From positions 79,584 to 111,583 of the forward strand of contig JACQVQ010000012.1 in NCBI GenBank assembly GCA_016209685.1: a DNA stretch of 32,000 nucleotides, read 5' to 3'. The position numbers and the translations under genes were made by a program. The notes under the pieces were generated by a model. The model was not told the DNA's origin. It ran no database searches and saw nothing but the letters and a program-made list of their open reading frames with translations. This DNA is from Planctomycetota bacterium. GTDB taxonomy: Bacteria > Planctomycetota > Brocadiia > Brocadiales > Bathyanammoxibiaceae. Within the stretch, counting starts at the first letter, position 1, and the number at the start of each line of letters is the position of its first letter. Shown here one piece after another: positions 1-7,294 of this stretch.

Positions 1-69
1 CCTCTTCCCAAACTCCTCTTCATGGGTCCATATATGTTCCAGGACTTCTTCTATCTTCGGTTCTGTCAT
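1..69 (-). CDS. Partial CDS (first 23 codons, runs off the window): possible DtxR-like metal-dependent regulator
   Basis: Minus-strand ATG at 69-67 opens MTEPKIEEVLEHIWTHEEEFGKR with no stop before position 1. The EE.LE.IW...E.G pattern recalls N-termini of DtxR-family iron regulators. It lies directly downstream of feoB. No SD, and too short to be sure. Confidence 0.3.
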   Translation of the reverse strand, partial: MTEPKIEEVLEHIWTHEEEFGKR

Positions 70-75
70 GTTTCA

Positions 76-100
76 GTAGGGTGGGCATTGCCCACCCTAC
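76..100. repeat. REP-like palindrome, GTAGGG...CCCTAC subtype
   Basis: gtagggtgggc-att-gcccaccctac: perfect 11-bp stem with a 3-nt loop, in the 33-nt gap after the feoB stop. Confidence 0.7.
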
Positions 101-102
101 AT

Positions 103-2400
103 CTAAAAGGTCTTCATAATAAGGTTCAATACGCCTCCTACCAGGAAGGCGTAAGGAACGATAAAACCTATAATGAGGGCCGCCGTGGCAATCCCTCTCT
201 CCTTGATTATAACCAAAAAGTTGGCCAGACAAGGGACAAAAAGGGTGATGACCACCAGGGCCACCAGGAGTTGGGCAGGCTCGGCCCCCACACTCCCATG
301 GACCCTCTCCAGGGCCTTGAAGAGGCTTACTGCCCCATAGTCCCTCCTGAGGAAGCCCAGGATGAACCCCTCCGCAGTCTCCGGAGGGAGCCCCAACCAG
401 TTACTTACCACCGGCCTTCCGGCCAGTTCAATGTATTTTAGTGCCCCTGTCTTGCTGAGGATAAAGAGGGCAAACGTCCCTATGAGGAAGAGGGGGACTG
501 CCTCACGCAGGAACCACTTGACCCGATAAGCCGTCTTTAACAGGATATTATACAGCTTGGGACAACGGAAAGGGGGCACCTCCATGATAAAGTCAGAGCG
601 TCCCCCGGGCAGTATCTTTGAGGCCACAAAACCTACCAGGATGAGTTGGGAGGCGATAATAAATACGTAGAGGGCAAAATAAAACCCGGAAATACTCCCC
701 ATGACAAAGGCAATGACCCCTAGCTGGGCCGAGCACGGTATGGCAAGGGCCATAAGGAGGGTGGCAATTATCCTCTCTTTCCTGGTGTCCAGTATCCTCG
801 TAGTAAGCGTGGCCATGGTGCCGCAACCCAGGCCGAGGACCATGGGCAGGACGGCCTTCCCCGTCAGGCCAATCCTCTTGAACAGCTTGTCCAGCATCAC
901 TGCCAGGCGGGGGAGGTACCCGCTATCTTCCATGAGGCCAAAGGCCAGGAAGAAGAAGCCCACTATGGGGAACACAATGGCTATAGCATACGTCAGGCCT
1001 ACCTGTATAAGTCCTGCCTGACCATCCAGGAACAGTTGGTAGCCCAGGTTCTGCGGGCTGACCAGCATCTGTCCCAGTAAGCCCAGGTAGTAGTTTATCC
1101 CATTGAAGGGGACATGGAAAAGGGTAACGTCTTTTCCAGCAAAGGGTACGGGGAACCAGAGGTCAAAACCCCCGGAGGGCGTACCGGCATATCCGAAGAC
1201 CTTCTTTTCCATAAAGTCCACGCAGACCCCCGCACCGAAGACCCCTACCAACTTGTAGATTGCCCATAGGGCAGTGATGAGTATGGGGTAGGCGGCAACA
1301 GGGTGCATGGTAAGGTCTCCCAGTACCTCGGATATGGTCCGCTTAGTCCTGAGGTCTTTACGGTACAAATGGAGACAAAAGAGGATACAGGACGCCATCC
1401 CACTGACTAACTTGAGAATCAGCCCCAGGGGGGGAGCGGAGGAGAGGTACCCTTGAAAGAAAAAGAGGAGCATGTCCATGATTTTGTAGCCCAGGGCGAA
1501 GGCAAAGACTGGCACAAAAAAGAAGAAGAAAGAGGCCCGCAGGAAGGGGTGGGATTCCATCCGCTTTGGGGCCGTGTATACGGTCTCTTGAAATAGCCTC
1601 TCCACATAGGCTGCCCTGATGCGGTTTATTGCATAGCTAAGCGGGTCACTGAATTTCCTCTGAATAGAGTTACGGATTTTAGAGACCTCCCCCTGTACGG
1701 TCTTTGAGTAGCCCAATTTTTCTGCCACGGTGAGGTCCCCGGACAAGAGCATGAGGGCCATGGCCCTCCTGGGGTACCCATTGGGGATAAGGGGCTCTAT
1801 CCTGGAGATGCCCTCCTCAATCTCCCGTCCGAAATCCACCTTGAGCGAAGGGACGTCCGCCTGGGGTAGTGCATTTAAAAGATGCCCTATACCTTGCTTT
1901 TCAGTGGCCACAGTCCTGACCACAGGGATACCCAACAGGGACTGTAGTTTACCTGTGTCTATGCTAATACCCCGTTCCAGGCACTCATCCCACATGTTGA
2001 GGTCAAGGACCACGGGTAGGCCCATCTCAGCCAATTGGGAGGTGAGGAACAGTGCCCTGCGGAGGTTCTTGGCGTCGGCCACCTGAACGACCCTCCTATG
2101 CCCCTTGTCGGGGGTGGCCCCGCCACCCCGGAGGAGGATGTCCCTGGCCACCCTCTCGTCCTCGGATTGGGGGATGAGGTTATTGACCCCTGGGGTGTCT
2201 ATCACCTCTACCCTCCCATCTATACCCTTACAGGTACCCCTGGATACCTCCACTGTAGTCCCCGGATAATTGGAGACGATTACGTAGCTCCCGGTAAGGA
2301 GGTTAAATATGGCACTCTTCCCTACGTTTGGGTTCCCCACCAGGGCGATGGAGGGGGTATGTGGCCCCGCTTTTTGTGGTCTTGATTTCTTTTTAAGCAT
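103..2400 (-). CDS. feoB: Ferrous iron transporter FeoB
   Basis: 765-aa ORF. N-terminal G domain (G1 GNPNVGKS, G3 DTPG) followed by a long polytopic membrane domain, the typical FeoB architecture. ATG at 2400. Confidence 0.95.
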   Translation of the reverse strand: MLKKKSRPQKAGPHTPSIALVGNPNVGKSAIFNLLTGSYVIVSNYPGTTVEVSRGTCKGIDGRVEVIDTPGVNNLIPQSEDERVARDILLRGGGATPDKGHRRVVQVADAKNLRRALFLTSQLAEMGLPVVLDLNMWDECLERGISIDTGKLQSLLGIPVVRTVATEKQGIGHLLNALPQADVPSLKVDFGREIEEGISRIEPLIPNGYPRRAMALMLLSGDLTVAEKLGYSKTVQGEVSKIRNSIQRKFSDPLSYAINRIRAAYVERLFQETVYTAPKRMESHPFLRASFFFFFVPVFAFALGYKIMDMLLFFFQGYLSSAPPLGLILKLVSGMASCILFCLHLYRKDLRTKRTISEVLGDLTMHPVAAYPILITALWAIYKLVGVFGAGVCVDFMEKKVFGYAGTPSGGFDLWFPVPFAGKDVTLFHVPFNGINYYLGLLGQMLVSPQNLGYQLFLDGQAGLIQVGLTYAIAIVFPIVGFFFLAFGLMEDSGYLPRLAVMLDKLFKRIGLTGKAVLPMVLGLGCGTMATLTTRILDTRKERIIATLLMALAIPCSAQLGVIAFVMGSISGFYFALYVFIIASQLILVGFVASKILPGGRSDFIMEVPPFRCPKLYNILLKTAYRVKWFLREAVPLFLIGTFALFILSKTGALKYIELAGRPVVSNWLGLPPETAEGFILGFLRRDYGAVSLFKALERVHGSVGAEPAQLLVALVVITLFVPCLANFLVIIKERGIATAALIIGFIVPYAFLVGGVLNLIMKTF

Positions 2401-2415
2401 TTCTAAAAATATATT

Positions 2416-2430
2416 TGAAAATGAGTCTCA
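2416..2430. promoter_or_regulatory. Fur-box-like 7-1-7 inverted repeat in the feoB leader
   Basis: tgaaaatgagtctca matches TGATAATnATTATCA at 11 of 14 defined positions on either strand. It lies between the predicted -10 and the feoB ATG. Confidence 0.4.
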
Positions 2431-2443
2431 ATTACACGCACTT

Positions 2444-2472
2444 AGTATATTCCCTTCCCCTTAGTAAGTCAA
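2444..2472 (-). promoter_or_regulatory. Sigma70-type promoter for feoB
   Basis: Minus strand: TTGACT (2472-2467), 17-nt spacer, TATACT (2449-2444), about 45 nt upstream of the feoB ATG. Confidence 0.45.
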
Positions 2473-2494
2473 CGCCCTTTTATGGTGGGAGGTG

Positions 2495-2989
2495 TTAAGG
2501 AGTAGGGGTGACCTGGTGGGTCGCCTCTGCTGTGGCCTGGCCGAGGCTGATTTGCTGTATGGCCGAGAAAGGGTAAAGGGTCCCTCTGTCTATCCCATTG
2601 CAGTATTTCTTAAGACTGGCCCATGCCTCATAATTCTTTAGATTGCCGGGCCAGAAGGGAAAGGTGCTGCACTGCTTTGGCCTCACCGGGTATATCTGGC
2701 ATCCACCAGGTCCGCCCCCTACCAATACAGTACTGGACCCACTGCCTGTCTTATACATCACACAGTCCCCACCGGAGAGTTCCTTCAGGCTGAACCTGTT
2801 GCCTCTTCTCCTGAGGTATCTCCTGGCAAATTCTTCCACCTGGAGTCCGAGGTAGAGGGCAATATTTTTTACCTCCTCGTGTGTGGTCCATACATAACCA
2901 GCATCCCCCCTACAGCAATTGCCGCACTTCTGGCACTGGAAACGGAGGCCGTTTTTATACCATAGTCCCTTTTTTTCGCGGTTCTCCAT
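2495..2989 (-). CDS. YkgJ/UPF0153-family Cys-cluster (CxxCxxCC) protein
   Basis: FQCQKCGNCCRG motif. The likely start is the internal ATG at 2989 (MENREKKG...), preceded by GGAG. The longer ORF to 3073 would read through a REP-like element. Confidence 0.75.
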   Translation of the reverse strand: MENREKKGLWYKNGLRFQCQKCGNCCRGDAGYVWTTHEEVKNIALYLGLQVEEFARRYLRRRGNRFSLKELSGGDCVMYKTGSGSSTVLVGGGPGGCQIYPVRPKQCSTFPFWPGNLKNYEAWASLKKYCNGIDRGTLYPFSAIQQISLGQATAEATHQVTPTP

Positions 2990-2995
2990 GACTCC

Positions 2996-3092
2996 GTAGC
3001 GTGCAACCTTGTGTCGCACAATGGAAACCTGACCAACGTGCCAGACGAGTCCGCCAGAGGCGGATCTGCCCAAGGTATGACTGGCACGCTAC
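2996..3092. repeat. REP-like nested palindrome, GTAGCGTGC...GCACGCTAC subtype (97 nt)
   Basis: 9-bp terminal inverted repeats gtagcgtgc/gcacgctac enclose sub-hairpins and a tccgcc-aga-ggcgga core (3051-3065). Confidence 0.7.
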
Positions 3093-3098
3093 ATGGTT

Positions 3099-3139
3099 AA
3101 AAAAGAAAGAGAGGAATACATCAACCCCTTCCTCTCTTT
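3099..3139 (-). terminator. Rho-independent terminator after the first lipoprotein gene
   Basis: Minus strand: aaagagaggaa / ttcctctcttt, an 11-bp stem (3139-3129 with 3116-3106) and 12-nt loop, followed by CTTTTTT (3105-3099). Confidence 0.6.
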
Positions 3140-3160
3140 TAATCAAAAATATTAAAAAAA

Positions 3161-3706
3161 CTATTCGTAGTGGTCAGGTACCCAGACCTTTTCCTCATAC
3201 TCCTCCCAGTAACCGCCTGGAACGGACCTGTCTTCATAATGGCCATCTATGCGTTTGTCGCCCTCCGTGTGCTCGGGGACATAGACTCTTTCTATCTTGG
3301 TGGTATCCACCCACCTCTTATTCTTATTGTACTCCCAGTGGCCTGCCACGAATTTCTTTCCTGCGGCGCCACCAGGAGTCCCAGGGGTGGCGGACTCAGG
3401 AGACGTGGCCTTCTTGGTGGCCTCCAGTTCCTCCACCTTCCGTTTTAACTCCTCTACCTCTTTCTTGTCGTCCTTCCTCTGCATCTCGTCGCCAACGGTC
3501 TTACCGATGAGGGCGCCGCCACCAGCGCCTATGGCCGCACCAAGACCGGGGGCGCCAAAGGCTGAGCCTATAGCGGCACCCATGGCGGCACCACCCAGGG
3601 CACCAGCGCCTGCACCTGTAGCCCCTTTGTGCTCCGACATGCTTGCACAGCCAGCACCCACAAAGGCCAACGCCAGGAGTAAAATAATTAAAGAGTTTTT
3701 TCTCAT
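3161..3706 (-). CDS. Glycine-zipper lipoprotein paralogue P1 (SlyB/Pcp-like N-module, charged coiled coil, W/Y-rich C-module)
   Basis: Signal peptide MRKNSLIILLLALAFVGAGC with lipobox-like Cys. GAGAGALGGAAMGAAIGSAFGAPGLGAAIGAGGGALIG glycine zipper. KKEVEELKRKVEELE coiled coil. C-terminal GHWEY...GGYWEEYEEKVWVPDHY. Confidence 0.8.
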   Translation of the reverse strand: MRKNSLIILLLALAFVGAGCASMSEHKGATGAGAGALGGAAMGAAIGSAFGAPGLGAAIGAGGGALIGKTVGDEMQRKDDKKEVEELKRKVEELEATKKATSPESATPGTPGGAAGKKFVAGHWEYNKNKRWVDTTKIERVYVPEHTEGDKRIDGHYEDRSVPGGYWEEYEEKVWVPDHYE

Positions 3707-3748
3707 CTTACATCTACTACTGTCAAACAGACGAACAGACTAAAATTT

Positions 3749-3803
3749 GTAGCGTGCCAGCTTGTCTGGCACGTTAAACGTGCGAGATAAACTCGCACGC
3801 TAC
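3749..3803. repeat. REP-like nested palindrome, GTAGCGTGC...GCACGCTAC subtype (55 nt)
   Basis: gtagcgtgccag-cttgt-ctggcacg ttaaa cgtgcgag-ataaa-ctcgcacgctac: two sub-hairpins inside the same terminal repeats as 2996-3092. Confidence 0.75.
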
Positions 3804-3815
3804 ATTTAAGCCACC

Positions 3816-3842
3816 CTCCCCCTCCCCTCAAGGGAGGGGGAG
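3816..3842. other. Perfect C/G-tract stem-loop
   Basis: ctccccctccc-ctcaa-gggagggggag, an 11-bp stem, downstream of minus-strand gene P2. No T-run follows. Confidence 0.5.
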
Positions 3843-3923
3843 AATCAGGGGTATTTACAGACTTTTTCAGAGACTTCCAACCCTAATTTGCCTCACAAAA
3901 AAAGAAGGACTTCCATTACTTTG

Positions 3924-4199
3924 CTATTCCGGGAGCCACATCTCTTTGTACTTGCCACTGCCCGCCGGTTCTTCAATGAGGCCCTTCTTGTACCACTTGC
4001 CGTCTATGAGCTTCTTGTCTGCAGAGGCCTCTGGGGTAGTTGCCTTCTTGGCGGCCTCCTGTTCCTGTGCCTCCTTTTTCTTCTCCTCCTCCTTCTTCTT
4101 ATGCCGCTCTTCTACGGCATGACCTACAAGGGGGGCTGCACAACCAGCCCCTGCAAGGGCTACTGCCAGGAGGAAGATAATCAGAAGATTTTCTCTCAC
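3924..4199 (-). CDS. Lipoprotein paralogue P2 (no glycine zipper; charged linker plus KxIDGxWYK...EPAGSGKYKExWLPE module)
   Basis: GTG start. MRENLLIIFLLAVALAGAGC is homologous to the P1 signal/lipobox. The C-terminal 32 aa are about 75% identical to the P3 C-terminus. Confidence 0.7.
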   Translation of the reverse strand: MRENLLIIFLLAVALAGAGCAAPLVGHAVEERHKKKEEEKKKEAQEQEAAKKATTPEASADKKLIDGKWYKKGLIEEPAGSGKYKEMWLPE

Positions 4200-4227
4200 C
4201 CCTTACGTTCCTACCTCAGACATGCCT

Positions 4228-4295
4228 GTAGGGGCGTATTGTTCGCTCCGCCTCAGGCGGACGAATCTGCCTAAGGCACGACAATACGCCCCTAC
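4228..4295. repeat. REP-like nested palindrome, GTAGGGGC...GCCCCTAC subtype (68 nt)
   Basis: 15-bp outer stem gtaggggcgtattgt/acaatacgcccctac enclosing tccgcc-tca-ggcgga (4247-4261). It fills the gap between P3 and P2. Confidence 0.75.
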
Positions 4296-4298
4296 AAC

Positions 4299-4727
4299 CT
4301 ATTCCGGGAGCCAGACCTCTTTGTACTTACCACTGCCCGCTGGTTCTTCAATCATGCTCCTCTTGTACCAGCGACCGTCTATAAACTTCCTGTCTGCAGT
4401 GGCTTCTGGAGCGGCAGTCTTCTTGGTGGCCTCCAGTTCCTGCACCTTCTGTTTTAGCTCCTCCACCTCTTTCTTCTCCTCTTTCTTCTGCATCTCGTCG
4501 CCAACGACCTTACCGATGAGGGCGCCACCACCAGCACCTATGGCCGCACCAAGACCGGGGGCGCCAAAGGCTGAGCCTATACCTGCACCAGCCGCAGCAC
4601 CACCCAAGGCACCAATACCTGCACCTGCAGCCCCCTTGTGCTCCGACGCAGCCGCACAGCCAAACGTCACAAGGCCTAAGGCCAGGAGACACACAAGTAA
4701 TAGGGACGATGTCAACCTGTTTGCCAT
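4299..4727 (-). CDS. Glycine-zipper lipoprotein paralogue P3 (P1-type N-module fused to P2-type C-module)
   Basis: MANRLTSSLLLVCLLALGLVTFGC signal. The glycine zipper and coiled coil are about 85% identical to P1, including a 45-nt identical DNA run (3528-3572 = 4537-4581). The C-terminus matches P2. GGAGG SD. Confidence 0.85.
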   Translation of the reverse strand: MANRLTSSLLLVCLLALGLVTFGCAAASEHKGAAGAGIGALGGAAAGAGIGSAFGAPGLGAAIGAGGGALIGKVVGDEMQKKEEKKEVEELKQKVQELEATKKTAAPEATADRKFIDGRWYKRSMIEEPAGSGKYKEVWLPE

Positions 4728-4859
4728 TTTATTAATACCTCCTTCCAGGGTATATTTCCCGCCCGAGGCGGATTTTCAACTTCCAGGGTATATCTTTTTT
4801 TGTCCCCGAAAAGCTATTCTAATAAACAATGCCCAAAAGTCAAGGAGATAGTTATATCA

Positions 4860-4904
4860 AATCCCCCTTAGTCCCCCTTTTCTAAAGGGGGATTCAGGGG
4901 GATT
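4860..4904. repeat. Doubly nested C5/G5 palindrome
   Basis: Outer aatccccct/agggggatt (4860-4868 with 4896-4904). Inner tcccccttt-tct-aaaggggga (4872-4892). Confidence 0.6.
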
Positions 4905-5021
4905 ACTGTCCCAGAGGCAAGGCATAGAGGGTAGGCCAGGGTCACACCCTAACCTCGCTGTTTGTGTCAAGGCGTGGCCTTGACTTACCCACCGCTTTAC
5001 TGTCCTAGAGGCAAGGCGTAG
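4903..5021. repeat. 25-nt direct repeat duplicating the 3' end of the DUF3365 gene
   Basis: ttactgtcccagaggcaaggcatag (4903-4927) versus ttactgtcctagaggcaaggcgtag (4997-5021), 23/25 identical. The second copy encodes YALPLGQ* of the gene. A gtcaaggc-gtg-gccttgac hairpin (4966-4984) lies between the copies. Confidence 0.7.
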
Positions 5022-5506
5022 ATAATGGATCCCATGACCTCTTCATCTTTTACATATACGTGGCACATCTTACATTCCTTAAGTACTACCGGGACCGGGG
5101 TTGCGGCCCTGTAGACCTTCTTGCCCTCTACTGTTTCTGTCTTTTCAAAGAAGACCTGACCCTCTCTCAAGACCTTCACGGCCTCTTTCTCAAATTCGTC
5201 TTTTGGCATGTTTTCTTTATTAAGGGCCTTATCAGTAGCCGAGATAAGTCTTGCTGAGTGCCACCCCTTCTTTTCCATCTCTTTAAAGACCTGTTTGGTA
5301 GTGGTAGCGGCTGGTGTCTTGCCCTGGTTGTCCACATGGTTAATGGTGTCAAAGACTATGTAATACTTGTAGACGTCGTCTAAGAGCTTTACTATGGTTC
5401 TTGCCTCTTCTGGACTGAGGTTGTTCCACTGTTCAAAGGAGTATACGCCCTTTACCAGGCAGAAAGAGAGTGCTGTGATTAGGAAGACCTTCGATAGATT
5501 TTTCAT
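4997..5506 (-). CDS. Secreted mono-haem c protein, DUF3365 (Tll0287-like) family
   Basis: Signal peptide MKNLSKVFLITALSFCLVKGVYS, about 145-aa domain, single CKMCH (CxxCH) near the C-terminus. GAGGG SD. Confidence 0.65.
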   Translation of the reverse strand: MKNLSKVFLITALSFCLVKGVYSFEQWNNLSPEEARTIVKLLDDVYKYYIVFDTINHVDNQGKTPAATTTKQVFKEMEKKGWHSARLISATDKALNKENMPKDEFEKEAVKVLREGQVFFEKTETVEGKKVYRAATPVPVVLKECKMCHVYVKDEEVMGSIIYALPLGQ

Positions 5507-5958
5507 GTTTATAACCCTCGGATTTTAGATTGTATGAAGACCTTAAATTTAATAATATCGTTAGAGACCAGTTAAAACAAACTCCATGCCTAACTTTGAC
5601 AGACGACAGTAATCCCACTTTAACGCATTAGTTAAGGTATTAGTTGACAATGAGTTGCTTAGGTGGGGCATCCATTTTTTTATTCAAAACATAAGTTGCG
5701 TGAAAACTTTAGAGCACATGTTGTGTAAACATAAGTACACACTTCGTTGCCTAGTATAGAAAACATCCCGATGAGTACACTGAAGGAGGAAATGTCCTGG
5801 CAAATCTAAGATAATGGTATATAGAATGTTAGTTGATATGGTCTATAATAATTAGGCGGAATAGAGAAAGGATTATTGATGGTATGCCAATTGCTCATTC
5901 GGAACAGATTGTTGTGTTCTTTACCCGGTCTCTATAAATAATAGAAGAAGGGATATTT

Positions 5959-7272
5959 ATGGGCAAGATAACGCCTGAGATGACCTTCCAAGAGGTCGTC
6001 AAGAAATATCCAATAACTAGGGATTTTTTCGCCCGTTACGGGGTGCTGAAATACGCAGAAAGGCACCTCTGGCAGAAACCACTCTCCTCTTGTGGAGAGG
6101 TCTTCTCTATTAACTCAGGCACCCTGGTAGAGGAACTAAATAAGTTCCTGAAGGCCAACGAGGATAATAAACCCAGAGAGAATCCGATAAAGGCCTTTCA
6201 GGCAGTGTGGTTCGCCATGGTCATGTCCACAGGGATAGTATCAATAGCCAGCCTACGGGTCGCTGGTCTTTATCATGGAAAGGTCTTTTCCGACATACTT
6301 CTGGGTTTTGCCTATGCACTCTTCTGGATAAACGTGGCTGCCTATCCGGTAATGGTAATTATGAAGCTGAGCCGTTGTGCCGCCTTCTGGAAAGAGGTAG
6401 TGGCCGACCTTTCTAACCCAAAGACCTGCCTCACGTTTTTTACTATCGTGGCAGGGACAAACGTCCTGGGGGCACAGATTGCCATATTTGGCTACTACGA
6501 GGTAGCCAAGATTTTCTGGTACTGGGGACTCTTCCTCTGGGTTCTCATTACCATAAGCACCTTTAGCTTTCTTTTTATTAAAGGAATATCCCCCTTAGAG
6601 GAGAGTATCAACGGGGGCTGGCTCTTGGCCACGGTAGGGACCCAATCTGTGGCGGTCTTAGGGAGCATAATTGCCCCCTACTATATTAAACACGGCTACT
6701 TCATCTTCTTCCTATCTTACGTCTGGTGGCTCATAGGGTGCTTTCTCTACATTATCATTATGACCCTTGTCATGCACCGCTTGATATTCTTTAAATTAAA
6801 TCCCAAAGAGCTTGTGCCTCCCTACTGGATAAATATGGGGGCGGTGGCTATCACTACACTGGCAGGGGCCCTCCTGGTCCTTAACGGTATGAAGCTCCAG
6901 AGGGGTTTTGGGGAACTAATGTCCTTTACCAGGGGCTTTACCTTCTTCTTCTGGGCCTTTGGTACCTGGTGGATACCCCTGCTGGTAGTGCTGGGATTCT
7001 GGAAATACATCTTCCGAAGGACAAAACCTGTCTTTAACCCCGCCTACTGGGGCATGGTCTTCCCTTTAGGTATGTACACCGCCTGCACCTACCAACTTGC
7101 CTACGCCATGGATTTGTACTTTCTGCTGCATATACCCAAATACTTCTGGTTTTTTGCCATAACTGCCTGGGTTCTAACCTTTATATGGACGTGGGCCTTT
7201 ATTGCGAAACCAAGGAAGAAGCTGTTGTACCCCGCACGAAATGCCTTCCTATCGCTAAAGAGGGGAAGCTAA
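5959..7272 (+). CDS. TehA/SLAC1 (TDT) family anion channel/transporter with an N-terminal DUF1858-like soluble domain
   Basis: Residues 1-70 (ITPEMTFQEVVKKYPITRDFFARYGV...LVEELNKFL) resemble DUF1858. About 10 TM segments follow, with TDT-type motifs WFAMVMSTGI and NPAYWGMVFPLGMY. Confidence 0.7.
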   Translation: MGKITPEMTFQEVVKKYPITRDFFARYGVLKYAERHLWQKPLSSCGEVFSINSGTLVEELNKFLKANEDNKPRENPIKAFQAVWFAMVMSTGIVSIASLRVAGLYHGKVFSDILLGFAYALFWINVAAYPVMVIMKLSRCAAFWKEVVADLSNPKTCLTFFTIVAGTNVLGAQIAIFGYYEVAKIFWYWGLFLWVLITISTFSFLFIKGISPLEESINGGWLLATVGTQSVAVLGSIIAPYYIKHGYFIFFLSYVWWLIGCFLYIIIMTLVMHRLIFFKLNPKELVPPYWINMGAVAITTLAGALLVLNGMKLQRGFGELMSFTRGFTFFFWAFGTWWIPLLVVLGFWKYIFRRTKPVFNPAYWGMVFPLGMYTACTYQLAYAMDLYFLLHIPKYFWFFAITAWVLTFIWTWAFIAKPRKKLLYPARNAFLSLKRGS

Positions 7273-7294
7273 CCAGTTTTCCTGGAGGAGGACT

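Noticed and set aside
3001-4851. Long plus-strand ORFs (3001-3510, 3297-3743, 3888-4274, 4222-4851) rich in Pro/Ala/Ser
   Set aside because: They are antisense shadows of the Gly/Ala/Glu/Lys-rich lipoprotein genes. They read through REP palindromes, have no SD, and have no recognisable motifs. The minus-strand genes have signal peptides, lipoboxes and paralogy.
5771-5809. Mini-ORF MSTLKEEMSWQI* (or MSWQI* from ATG 5792 behind AAGGAGG) as a leader peptide
   Set aside because: The SD-to-ATG spacing is only 2 nt for the inner ATG, and there is no SD for the outer one. No attenuator structure follows. Not supportable from sequence alone.
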